NCBI GenBank assembly: GCA_026710875.1
Contig: JAPOQE010000039.1
Location: forward strand, 1 to 48,982
Source: Gammaproteobacteria bacterium
GTDB lineage: Bacteria > Pseudomonadota > Gammaproteobacteria > UBA4575
Direction of reading: 5' to 3'
Length of the DNA: 48,982 nt
The notes below the pieces were generated by a model. The model was not told where the DNA came from. It did not search any database and worked only from the letters and a program-made list of their open reading frames with translations. This document shows positions 21,400 through 30,776 of the stretch, in pieces (position 1 is the first letter of the stretch; every line of letters starts with the position of its first letter). The position numbers and the translations under genes are program-made.

Positions 21400-23393
21400 G
21401 CTACACCTGATTGCTTCCAAAAATAACCTTGCTTGACAAAACTGGATTTCTTCTCAGGACTGTATACCACTTCAAATGCGTGGGAGATATTGGGTGATAG
21501 TTCAGAAAAAAAAGTTTTGTCAATTTCTGTATCAGTCGATAGCAAAATTACCTGATGGCTTGCTATGGGAAAATAATATTTTGCTAACTTTTTTCTATGT
21601 TTAGAATCAAGGCGGCCCAAAGGTGTGTCGATCATTACAGGTAAATTTCTTCCGCTTGCTTTTGCCAAAGAATTTAGCATAGCTATAGCATAAATCTGAC
21701 GCTCCCCAGCCGACATTTCATCTATAGAAACCTCATCTTCATTTCCTGCATCAATTAGCTTGATATCGAATGAATGAAGGTCAATCTGTGCCGTGAGATG
21801 TAAGTCTTCTTTTCGGGCAAGAACTCGATACGAGTTTTCAAATATCTCTTTAAGATAATCTACTTTGTATTTTTTCATTTTTTCTGAAAACTCTTTTAAT
21901 AATATTTGAGTAGTCGCTGCATATTCAATTTGTCGATCTAATTTACTACTAGAGTCTATTTGTTCCGTTATATTTTCTAGTTTTTTAACAATCATCAATG
22001 CTGACTTTAGAAAGGCTCTTCTTTTTTCAAAGTGTTTCTCAATTTTTCCATATTGTTCGGCTTTTTTTGTTTGTAATCTGGATAGTTTAGAAAGAGTTTC
22101 TCGTAGCAGTTCATCCTCCGGGGCGCGGGCAAAATTGTCTTCTAAATGCTGTTGCTTCTCACGAAGCTGTTGAAGTTTAGCCAACGTATCTGTAGCGGAA
22201 TGCTGTTCTGCAACACAAAATTCCAAGTCCTTTTGCACTTGGCTTCGCACTGCTGGGCCCACATTAAATACGCTTTCTAACGTATTTTGGGGGTTCTGGA
22301 GAGAATGTTGCTTTCTGCGTAGAATCTCCAAGACTGTTGCCGAGCCATGCAAATTTTCCAGCTTTACTTCTGATATCAAGTCTTCAGCCAGTTGCAATGC
22401 TCCTTTTCTCTGCAGATTCTTACTGTAAGACTGCTTTTCTTGTTCTAGACTTTTAAGCAATGATTTTAAAGGATCAATTGCCAAAGCCAGGGTGAGTCTG
22501 CTAGACAACAGTTCACGTGCATTTTGTTCTAAATGATCTATTTTGTATTTTGTATCAATTGAATCAATTGATGATTTTTGACGCGATCTTGCCCAAGCCC
22601 CTCCCATTTCCATGAGTGTAGCTTCAGTTCGTTGAATATTTACTTCTAGTTCTGCTAATTCACATCTACAGTTATCTATCTCAGTTTGCTCAGAATAAGC
22701 TAATTCCCGAAATTGGCTTAGCTCTTTTTCCATGACTTTTTGATGCCTAGCCAAGTCATCAGGTGCTGTAGTGAGCCGCCTTTTCCTCTTGTAAAGAGCT
22801 AAGTCCGCTGAAAGTATATTTATTATGTCTAGCCCAATTAGCTTCTGGATTGAATTTGATAGTTCAAGATTGCTATTCTCAGCCGCTAAGTCAGAAACCT
22901 TTTCACCATCAAAGAAAAACAACTCTGACACACCTAGAGGTACTAATTCGTTCAAGAAGGCTTGTGCTTGGTCTTGGCTTAACCCGCCAATTTCCTTACC
23001 GTCTTTGCTAATAAAAAGATCTTCAAGAACTCCTTCCCCTTTCCTTTCCCAACGTCTCGTTACTTGATATTCGCTAATCTCCCCTAGATGTGCGTATTCA
23101 AATGTGACTTCGACACTTGCACCACCAGCCGGTACGATGCTGTCTTGTGTTTTGTGAATGGATTTCAATAAGAAGTTTGAATATACCTTTTTAGAGGTGC
23201 CCCTCCCTAGAGATTGACGCCCATGAAATGCTAACCGGATTGCCAACAATATGCTGGTCTTCCCAGCACCATTAAGACCTCCGAACAGTATGATTGGTCT
23301 TGTATGCCCGTACTTAACTCCAGGTTTCAGTGTGATTTGATGAGTGCCTCGGAAAATACGAAAATCTGTCATCCGTAGAACAGACAATATCAT
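21396..23393 (-). CDS. dndD: DNA sulfur modification protein DndD (SMC-like ATPase)
   Basis: GGLNGAGKTS Walker A, LFFFDGE, coiled coil, MSAGERQ signature, IDTPLGRLDSKHR, QVILLSTDTEI. Confidence 0.95.
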   Translation of the reverse strand: MILSVLRMTDFRIFRGTHQITLKPGVKYGHTRPIILFGGLNGAGKTSILLAIRLAFHGRQSLGRGTSKKVYSNFLLKSIHKTQDSIVPAGGASVEVTFEYAHLGEISEYQVTRRWERKGEGVLEDLFISKDGKEIGGLSQDQAQAFLNELVPLGVSELFFFDGEKVSDLAAENSNLELSNSIQKLIGLDIINILSADLALYKRKRRLTTAPDDLARHQKVMEKELSQFRELAYSEQTEIDNCRCELAELEVNIQRTEATLMEMGGAWARSRQKSSIDSIDTKYKIDHLEQNARELLSSRLTLALAIDPLKSLLKSLEQEKQSYSKNLQRKGALQLAEDLISEVKLENLHGSATVLEILRRKQHSLQNPQNTLESVFNVGPAVRSQVQKDLEFCVAEQHSATDTLAKLQQLREKQQHLEDNFARAPEDELLRETLSKLSRLQTKKAEQYGKIEKHFEKRRAFLKSALMIVKKLENITEQIDSSSKLDRQIEYAATTQILLKEFSEKMKKYKVDYLKEIFENSYRVLARKEDLHLTAQIDLHSFDIKLIDAGNEDEVSIDEMSAGERQIYAIAMLNSLAKASGRNLPVMIDTPLGRLDSKHRKKLAKYYFPIASHQVILLSTDTEIDKTFFSELSPNISHAFEVVYSPEKKSSFVKQGYFWKQSGVA

Positions 23394-24925
23394 TGGTTTC
23401 TACCAATAAATTCAGATTCTTGTTCTCCTAGCATTTTCATAATTTCATCTCGATCTTTTTCCCAGTCTGAGTACCTGGCTTTATCTCGATGATGCTGGTT
23501 TTCTATTTTCTCTAGGCTTTCCCAATCTTGGCTAAGCAATGTGTCCAACTGTTTTTGAATTCCCCGTCTGTTGCCTGATCCTATAGCCGCAACCTCCAAA
23601 TCAATTAGCTTCTGAACAAGCGGAGCCGGAATTGAGTACTCCTTGCTCAAAGACTCAACGAGTTCTATATCAAATTCAGAGAAAGTACCAAAATCATCTT
23701 TAACCCACTGAATTGGGTCATCTGGATATACCTCCTTATAAATTTTAGGAAGTGAATCTTTCCAATCTGGCTCGTTTGGGTCACTCAGCCACTGTTGACG
23801 TATTTCATGCAGTTCATCTCTTTGGATTAATTCAATATCCTGTCCGTTTTGCCTAAGTTTTTTTTCAATTTTGAGCAATCTCCTGAGCCAAGTCTTGCGC
23901 TGTTTCATCCAGTATGGACCAGGTATTACTTTCGAAATGGTGGATGAGTCATCATTAATTTTTTTACTCGCAGAAAATGTCACTTTCCCACTGCGGCGCT
24001 TGTAATTTCGATACTTGCGTTTATTTTCAGGTATGGTGGATTTAGCTAATTCATTCCTAAAATCTAGAAGTGGCTGCATCCAAGTCTCACCTGACTCAAT
24101 TAGCCCGTGCATGGCCTTATCCTCATTTACAACTGTGCATGTCCAGCAACCAAACCGAGAATTACCACAGGACGGTGTAGATGTATCTATGACCAGTGGG
24201 CATTCACCCTGGTTAGAACCTTTATAAAGTTCAAAAAGTTTTTTATTTGTGTCCCCCCACGGAGTAGGTGCACCAAGTAGGTACTCCCAAACTTCATCGG
24301 CAGACCAATCTTCTATTGGCATATAGGTATATGCATTCGGTAGTGATTTATGCCTTCCTAGTAAAGAATTTTTTATCCGATGCCGTGCAATGACCTGTGC
24401 GCGTGTTGCACTCTCCTGGCGGCGAGAACCAAGCACAATTATCGCCTCACCAAACTCAGCAACCTTGTCAAGAATAAACGTATTTACTGGATCAATTTTC
24501 ATCCTTTCCGTACACCATCTAAAACTTTTAGTTGGTGCTGGGTATCCCCTGCCAAGCAAATTGGCCCAGAAAGTTTGACTTTTTTTAGGATGAACTTGAT
24601 TAAGGCTGACTTTAAAAGAATTTTCTCCAGCTGCTGACGCAACAGATTTCAGAACATGTTTAATTTGATCAACGACAACAGGAGTTTCAACCAATGTGTC
24701 AGAAGATACGACATAGAGAGTTTTATTCCGTTTATCTTCGCTTAGGGTCACAATAGATTCATAAACGAGAGAAAGCACAGCAGTTGAGTCTTTACCTCCA
24801 CTGAACCCGATAACCCACGGCCTTTCATCCGCGGTGTACATGGTTTGAATCTCTTGGATAAGATTAGAGCAGGGCCGGCCTGCAAATTTTGTATTTCTTA
24901 CTAATTCACTGTGAGTCTTGTACAT
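23390..24925 (-). CDS. dndC: DNA phosphorothioation protein DndC (PAPS reductase family, Fe-S)
   Basis: PWVIGFSGGKDS, SDTLVETP, GRGYPAP..FRWCTERMKI, ECPLVID...CGNSRFGCWTCTVV. Confidence 0.96.
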   Translation of the reverse strand: MYKTHSELVRNTKFAGRPCSNLIQEIQTMYTADERPWVIGFSGGKDSTAVLSLVYESIVTLSEDKRNKTLYVVSSDTLVETPVVVDQIKHVLKSVASAAGENSFKVSLNQVHPKKSQTFWANLLGRGYPAPTKSFRWCTERMKIDPVNTFILDKVAEFGEAIIVLGSRRQESATRAQVIARHRIKNSLLGRHKSLPNAYTYMPIEDWSADEVWEYLLGAPTPWGDTNKKLFELYKGSNQGECPLVIDTSTPSCGNSRFGCWTCTVVNEDKAMHGLIESGETWMQPLLDFRNELAKSTIPENKRKYRNYKRRSGKVTFSASKKINDDSSTISKVIPGPYWMKQRKTWLRRLLKIEKKLRQNGQDIELIQRDELHEIRQQWLSDPNEPDWKDSLPKIYKEVYPDDPIQWVKDDFGTFSEFDIELVESLSKEYSIPAPLVQKLIDLEVAAIGSGNRRGIQKQLDTLLSQDWESLEKIENQHHRDKARYSDWEKDRDEIMKMLGEQESEFIGRNQ

Positions 24926-24930
24926 TGGGA

Positions 24931-26007
24931 CTAGGTAAACTCCTGCTCAATTTGCTTATCCTCATCACGTAAAGGCATATTCAGTTCTTTTTTAATGTAT
25001 ATGGCTGTGCGAGCAACATTGTATGTTGCCTTGCTTATCCTGCCGTTGTTCATAGCTCGGCCTTCCCAGGCAGGATTTATCCTAGACCAATCTATACTTT
25101 TCAGCTTCTTCAATTTTGCTTTCCAGGACCTCTCAGGAAGTAACAATAGTTCTGACCCTACAATTCCTATCGCCTGGAGTGTTACACCGTGGGCGTGTAC
25201 GAAGGATTCTCTAAGTCCGCTGGGAGCTATTTCTCGGCTGAGGACTTTTTGCCAATCAGGCATGTTCGCAGCCACATCATTCCAAAATTTAACTGCGAGA
25301 TCCTTATCCCCCTTGCTTATTGTATCCTTGCCGCTTTTTTTCAAAAGTGCTTTGGTTGCATTCTTGATAGCACTAAGTGTGAATAGCTTAAGACTACGAT
25401 TTGAAATACTGGATTTCTCCATTTCAGTAGTGCGGCTAAAAACATGAACATTCTTTTGTACATGTCGTCCTAGCTCAGAGATTTGGTCCCGCAAATCATA
25501 CAATGTACTTAGTGAGTCAGAAGGTCGTACCGCGTGCTTGTTTAAATCAGCAAACATTTGTTGAGCCCGTGCTAGGCCCTCATCAATGAAAAACATTACA
25601 GGGATGCTATCGTGGCCCAACTCAGGGTTTTCTTTGATTGCCGCCTCAATTGCTTTTCGGCGATGCTGGCCATCATTAATTATGATCTGCGCGTCCATTG
25701 GAACAGTGAGTGTTCCTATATTTGCACCTAAACCTATGTCTTCTGATGGTGCAAAAGACACTTTAGAATTTATAGATGCAGTAACGCAAGATAGTGTGTA
25801 ATCCTGTGGGTTATCAAGAAGATAGGAAGCAATTTCTGGAACCCGATTGAGATTTAGCGTACGTTGGGCACGCAGCTCTGGAGGTACTTCTTCTTCATCA
25901 AATTTAAATAGGGTAGGCACTACTCGCATCGGACACATCGCTATATAGCATGGACGACCCGACTGAATACCGCGCACGGCAGGAAATGAATGAAGATAAG
26001 TACTCAT
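24931..26007 (-). CDS. dndB: DNA sulfur modification regulator DndB
   Basis: FPAVRGIQ, RAQRTLN..RVPEIA.Y, INDGQHRR (DGQHR), QQMFADLN; first gene of dndBCDE. Confidence 0.95.
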   Translation of the reverse strand: MSTYLHSFPAVRGIQSGRPCYIAMCPMRVVPTLFKFDEEEVPPELRAQRTLNLNRVPEIASYLLDNPQDYTLSCVTASINSKVSFAPSEDIGLGANIGTLTVPMDAQIIINDGQHRRKAIEAAIKENPELGHDSIPVMFFIDEGLARAQQMFADLNKHAVRPSDSLSTLYDLRDQISELGRHVQKNVHVFSRTTEMEKSSISNRSLKLFTLSAIKNATKALLKKSGKDTISKGDKDLAVKFWNDVAANMPDWQKVLSREIAPSGLRESFVHAHGVTLQAIGIVGSELLLLPERSWKAKLKKLKSIDWSRINPAWEGRAMNNGRISKATYNVARTAIYIKKELNMPLRDEDKQIEQEFT

Positions 26008-26019
26008 GAGGCATTGCGA

Positions 26020-26061
26020 AAGTTAAATTAAAATTTATTGGAAGTCAAATTAAAGTTTATT
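26020..26061. promoter_or_regulatory. Tandem 20-bp direct repeat upstream of dndB (candidate DndB operator)
   Basis: AAGTTAAATTAAAATTTATT (26020-26039) and AAGTCAAATTAAAGTTTATT (26042-26061), 18/20 identical, 22-bp period; core TCAAATTAAAGT recurs at 26188-26199. Confidence 0.55.
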
Positions 26062-26622
26062 TTAACATACATGCTATTGGATAATACGCTATAGTCTCAA
26101 AAATAAAGAATACGCTGCCAACCCAAAGAGTAAAGTATGTTTATTTTCGAGATTACTTTGCAATAACGACCTGAATTTGGCATGCCCTCAAATTAAAGTC
26201 AGCTTTTGATGGATAACATTTTGGACCTGTAAAGGCTCAAGCATTCCCAAGAGGCTGCAGCAAAAGAATTCTACGTATAACCAGTATGAGAATGACTGGA
26301 TCGACGAACCTCAAGAGTATTCTAATCCGACATTCTTGAATACTACTGGAGATTTCTAAGCATGCTTAGTAGAGGTTGGCAACAACATCAATCTGCAAAA
26401 TACCAGCAATGTTTGTTAACCGTAACACGTGATTCACACTGTACACTTCAATCTCCTACGCAACATCGTGTATTCCAGACATAGTAAATATCATTTCGTT
26501 CATTTTCTTATAACTTAGCAAACAGATATTAGTGACCGTGATGTGAGAGTAGTTCTGACAATTTCGGTTGCGAAATATGTCTCAAACTAGCAATGTTTCT
26601 TTGCTACATGTTGGAGGATTTA

Positions 26623-27513
26623 ATGTCATATCTGCAATCATTATTAGAAATATTCGATAATCTTAAAATGGGAAAAAGGAAGGGCCAACATGCACCGCAT
26701 AAGCCTCTATTGATTTTGTACGCACTTAGTGAACTCCAAAGAGGTCAAAAAACATTTGCCTATAGAGATGTAGATCCTGCACTTACGAGTCTTCTCAAGA
26801 CCTTTGGACCGCAGCGAGTGTCGCATCACTCTGAATACCCATTTTGGAGACTGCAGAACGATGGAATTTGGATCGTAACTGCTGATGCACCTCTAGAATC
26901 GCGCAAAAGTAATTCAGACGCCAAGAAATCTGAATTGATACAGAAAAACGCTATAGGAGCATTTTCTCCTAGTGCAATGAAAACTCTTATGGCACATCCA
27001 CAAAACATAAGAACTGTAGCAAAATGGCTATTAGAAGCAAATTTCCCAGAATCATTGCATCATGACATTCTTGATGCAGTTGGGCTAAATTTGGAAGTAG
27101 CGGGAAATCAGCAAAGGCGCAGCCCAGATTTTCGTCGAAGAGTATTAAGGGCATACGAATCCCGATGTTGCGTGTGTGGTTATGACATGCGACTAGGAGA
27201 CAATTCTGCTGGACTCGAAGCAGCACATATTATGTGGCATCAAGTCGGCGGACCAGACAAAGAGTCTAATGGCCTTGCATTGTGTGTGCTACACCATAAG
27301 GCATTTGACCTCGGTGCGTTTGCTATTGATGATGATGGACAAACCGTTGTTTGTAGCCAAGAACTATCTGGTACTACTAGAACGGAATGGTTGCTTGCTT
27401 TTCACGGTACGCGTTTAAAGCGCCCACAGAGTGTATGTTATTTCCCAGAAAGAAAGTTCTTGGAGTGGCACCGCGTTACAATATTCAAGGGCCCTGGGAG
27501 AGACTTTAAATAG
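26623..27513 (+). CDS. SBD-HNH endonuclease (phosphorothioate-dependent restriction type)
   Basis: N-terminal APHKPLLIL and EYPFWRLQNDGIW motifs typical of sulfur-binding domains; C-terminal CCVCG...LEAAHI...NGLALCVLHHKAFD HNH; GGAGG SD before ATG 26623. Confidence 0.82.
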   Translation: MSYLQSLLEIFDNLKMGKRKGQHAPHKPLLILYALSELQRGQKTFAYRDVDPALTSLLKTFGPQRVSHHSEYPFWRLQNDGIWIVTADAPLESRKSNSDAKKSELIQKNAIGAFSPSAMKTLMAHPQNIRTVAKWLLEANFPESLHHDILDAVGLNLEVAGNQQRRSPDFRRRVLRAYESRCCVCGYDMRLGDNSAGLEAAHIMWHQVGGPDKESNGLALCVLHHKAFDLGAFAIDDDGQTVVCSQELSGTTRTEWLLAFHGTRLKRPQSVCYFPERKFLEWHRVTIFKGPGRDFK

Positions 27514-27721
27514 TGATGCTATCTAGGAAGTATAAAAATGCAAGTAAGATGAAAAATTCAAACTCCTCTAAAACTTGATCCGCTTTGCACAAAACCAACT
27601 ACGATTAGTCCGCTTAACTCCCCATGCATGGACTAGGTATATTACATTTCTAACAAGAATTACCCGCAAATACCTTCCGCAATTGGATTGGGGTGGGCTC
27701 TGATTTAAAAACATTTAAAAG

Positions 27722-28003
27722 TCATAACAACTGTTCAAACTTTTTCAAACATTTAATTACCGTAAAGGCATCTCTTTTGCTATTTATAGAAAATGATTGC
27801 GCAACTTTCCAAGTATTGTTGCGCCTCTGCCAACGATAAAATTTTAGGAATAGCTTTTCTGTCTTGGGGTTTTCGATCAAAAGGATCGCAGTCCACCACG
27901 AACCAGTTCGACTTATTGTGAGTGCTTCTTTTATGTGGTTAGCATAGTAATCAGAGACTGGAAACCCATCGAACTCATCTATTCCACCCACATTCTCCGA
28001 CAT
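27722..28003 (-). CDS. Small hypothetical protein, possibly PC4-like nucleic-acid-binding fold
   Basis: 93 aa; beta-strand pattern with aromatics (WWTAILLI, FLKFYRWQRR, WKVAQSFSI) and a C-terminal helix; fold is inference. Confidence 0.7.
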   Translation of the reverse strand: MSENVGGIDEFDGFPVSDYYANHIKEALTISRTGSWWTAILLIENPKTEKLFLKFYRWQRRNNTWKVAQSFSINSKRDAFTVIKCLKKFEQLL

Positions 28004-28146
28004 TGTTTGTCCCTGAAAGTTGCCTTACGTCCCAGCAATTATCCTGATGCAGTTTCATCCTCGACCTAGTAACTAGGTGGCAAACTATGTACTTGAGAGA
28101 ACTAGCAACTCATCCCAGGATTGAATGCTAAAGTATAAGGCTAACA

Positions 28147-29184
28147 CTACCCCCACTTATGGACACGGGCATTGCTGCTAGGTCTACATTTAATACCTAA
28201 TTCGTTTGAAAGCACATTAGCAAGAATTCGACCACGATCATTTCTGCCGCGGCAATTATCAGTAACTACATACTGAGCTCCAGATTTCTCCACATACTCC
28301 AGTGTTCCAGCAAAGTCTGCATGAGCTGATAATCCACATCTATATGCTTGATCTCCGTACTGCATAACAGGTTGTTCTGCACGATACTTACTAAGCTTAA
28401 CAGTTGAACCTTCGACAATTCCATCAACTCGACCACCTTCAGATAGTTGCCAACACCGGACATATCGACCATTTGCAAGTGCATTATGGCCATCTTTCGT
28501 ATCAACACAAATTGGCTCATCGATGGGCCACCCATATTTCTGGTGGACTTTAATACTGGCACAAAGCTTACGATTCGCTATTATCGGAACCGAGTCCTGA
28601 ATATCCGCAGTACTCAAAATCATCAATGCTCTTTCAATAACTGCAGTGTGAGCCATGAGATGAATTGGGCCGTTCCCTAGAAGTTTCTTGCTCAATTCGA
28701 CAAATTTTTCTTCTACTTCTGTTTGCGAATAATTGTATCCAGAGCCTGGTTTTCCATATGTTGCATCAACTACCAATGCATCAACTTTGATCACCTTGTC
28801 CAATGGCCATGAAAAGTCCCCGGAGTAGCCTAATCGTGTACCATCATCCAGCACGACAAGCACTTGTGATGCTCCTAACATATGCCCCGCAGCAACTATA
28901 GAAATAGTTGAGTTTCCATAATGAAATTGATCCCCAGCTGAAAGCTCACGAATATTCGTACGAAATTCAAAATCTGGATGATCAAACGTTAATAACTCTC
29001 GGACACATGGGCTCATTACAAGCACCCTGCCCTTACTAGTTTCGAAATCAGCCATATGATCACTGTGGATATGAGTTTGCACGCGCACATCTCTGTTGCA
29101 GTGGAAACCATCACAGGTCACGTCTGGCCCAAGTATTACCGTACCTGAGCGGATAACATCAATCTCAAAATCGTTTTCAACCAT
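28147..29184 (-). CDS. MBL-fold hydrolase, beta-CASP nuclease type
   Basis: THIHSDH (HxHxDH), AGHMLGA, YSGDF, VVDATYG (motif A), SAHADF (motif B). Confidence 0.85.
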   Translation of the reverse strand: MVENDFEIDVIRSGTVILGPDVTCDGFHCNRDVRVQTHIHSDHMADFETSKGRVLVMSPCVRELLTFDHPDFEFRTNIRELSAGDQFHYGNSTISIVAAGHMLGASQVLVVLDDGTRLGYSGDFSWPLDKVIKVDALVVDATYGKPGSGYNYSQTEVEEKFVELSKKLLGNGPIHLMAHTAVIERALMILSTADIQDSVPIIANRKLCASIKVHQKYGWPIDEPICVDTKDGHNALANGRYVRCWQLSEGGRVDGIVEGSTVKLSKYRAEQPVMQYGDQAYRCGLSAHADFAGTLEYVEKSGAQYVVTDNCRGRNDRGRILANVLSNELGIKCRPSSNARVHKWG

Positions 29185-29905
29185 TATCTGTTATCTTCAT
29201 TGTCAATAGTCTGCTAACCCTTTCCTCGAATTCAAGATCCGAAGCTACTACTGCGCCAACATGCTTACTTCCAATAACGGCAAAGTTCTTTTCGCCGAGC
29301 TTGGCAGAAAATTCTCCTAAATTTGGGTACAAATCTTTCACGATCTTCTTAATTAGCTGGTCCCGCTCTGACTGTCGCATTCTTTTTAAATTCTTGCTAA
29401 TTGAATTTCGATTAAGTTCTTCTTCAGTTAGTTTTCCAAGCACTACATGACGTACTTGCGTACGAACACGCCTTTGCACAACGTCTTTGATGCAATCTGA
29501 CAGTGATCGGTTGGATCGTTCACGCAACTGGCGCATGGATACAACTTCCTTTTTTGTAAGATGGTTTTCAATTATTGCGCTGATCATTTTTGGATGATTA
29601 CTCTGCGGCATCTTCGCAAGCTCAACTGCAACTGAAAAACCAATGCTACTGCTGGTAGACTCTCTCCATTCGACCAAATATTGAATTTCTTCTGACAGCT
29701 TAAGTAGCTGCAAAAACCGAGAAACCATTGTTGCATCATTGAATCCAAATGCCTTGGCAATTTCTGTTTTCGATGCTCCTGCTTTCTCAGCTTTGTGTAT
29801 ATTCCAAGCAACTTCAACTGGGGTTAAAGGCCGTTGTTTTCGATGTGAACCAACAGACAAAAACGTCTGATCTATTTCGCTCGAGTCAAGACCTAAAAGT
29901 CTCAT
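29177..29905 (-). CDS. ParB/Spo0J HTH-domain protein lacking the N-terminal CTPase domain
   Basis: RPLTPVEVA...SKTEIAKAFG...MVSRFLQLLKLSEEIQYLVE...IGFSVAVELAKM follows the ParB central DNA-binding pattern; no GxxRR motif. Confidence 0.7.
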   Translation of the reverse strand: MRLLGLDSSEIDQTFLSVGSHRKQRPLTPVEVAWNIHKAEKAGASKTEIAKAFGFNDATMVSRFLQLLKLSEEIQYLVEWRESTSSSIGFSVAVELAKMPQSNHPKMISAIIENHLTKKEVVSMRQLRERSNRSLSDCIKDVVQRRVRTQVRHVVLGKLTEEELNRNSISKNLKRMRQSERDQLIKKIVKDLYPNLGEFSAKLGEKNFAVIGSKHVGAVVASDLEFEERVSRLLTMKITDNG

Positions 29906-29907
29906 GT

Positions 29908-30729
29908 TTAATTGTTCTCAACCAATCCCATAGAGTCTAAGCTAGACTCGAGCATGTCTTGGGCCGCAACGCTGGGATCAGCATCTTGCCCTTCAGCATA
30001 CTTTCTTAAAGCATCCCCATATGAAGGGCCCATAGTAAATGAAATCTTAAGCCTAGTATCTGGCTTCTTTGCACTTTCAACTATCTTGCTGACCTCAGCT
30101 GTAGGGTTACTCTTGTTAACTTCCAAAATGCGTTTTCTTAACTCATCGTCTGATTCCTGCAACACATCAACAAGTTCCTCAGCCCTTTCAGGGCTATAGA
30201 CTCCATCCACAGTTGCAGCATCTTGTGATTTAATTGCGAGGTCTACAGGCAACGCATTGTTGTCAACAAGTGACTTTAAATTTGGCTCGAGCCTGCTATA
30301 ACGAACATACTTTCTAACCATATCGTACGGCAGTCGAGTCTTTTCCCACACCGCTTTCAAAGTGCCGTAACGCAAAAAGAGCTTTTCACAAAGATCAATC
30401 AAGTCCGTTCTCGTCATGTCTAACTGATGGACATTCTCATTGCCAGATATTGCCAATCCTTCATCTTCAGATAGTACTCGGTCAATAACACCAGCTTTAA
30501 TCTTTTGTTTACCAAGCTTCTTGTGTGCAAGGAGTCGTCGCTGCCCACAAACAACTTCCCATTTCGCTGAGTCATATTCAGAAATGGAAACTACGATAGG
30601 ATGCAATAATCCGAATTCCTGAATACTTGCAGCCAGTGTTTCTATTTCCTCTCCTGTATTTGATTTTCGAACTTGGAATCTATCAATTACCAATTTTTCA
30701 ATAGGTATATCCTCATATCTTTCAATCAT
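29908..30729 (-). CDS. ParB N-terminal (CTPase) domain protein
   Basis: IPIEKL...QVRK...LAASIQEFGLLHPIVV...VVCGQRRLLA (Arg patch)...ENVHQ; C-terminus resembles a ribbon-helix-helix; SD AGGAGG. Confidence 0.88.
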   Translation of the reverse strand: MIERYEDIPIEKLVIDRFQVRKSNTGEEIETLAASIQEFGLLHPIVVSISEYDSAKWEVVCGQRRLLAHKKLGKQKIKAGVIDRVLSEDEGLAISGNENVHQLDMTRTDLIDLCEKLFLRYGTLKAVWEKTRLPYDMVRKYVRYSRLEPNLKSLVDNNALPVDLAIKSQDAATVDGVYSPERAEELVDVLQESDDELRKRILEVNKSNPTAEVSKIVESAKKPDTRLKISFTMGPSYGDALRKYAEGQDADPSVAAQDMLESSLDSMGLVENN

Positions 30730-30776
30730 TACCTGCCTCCTATAATTCCGAATATGAAAATGAAATTGTGGAAAAG

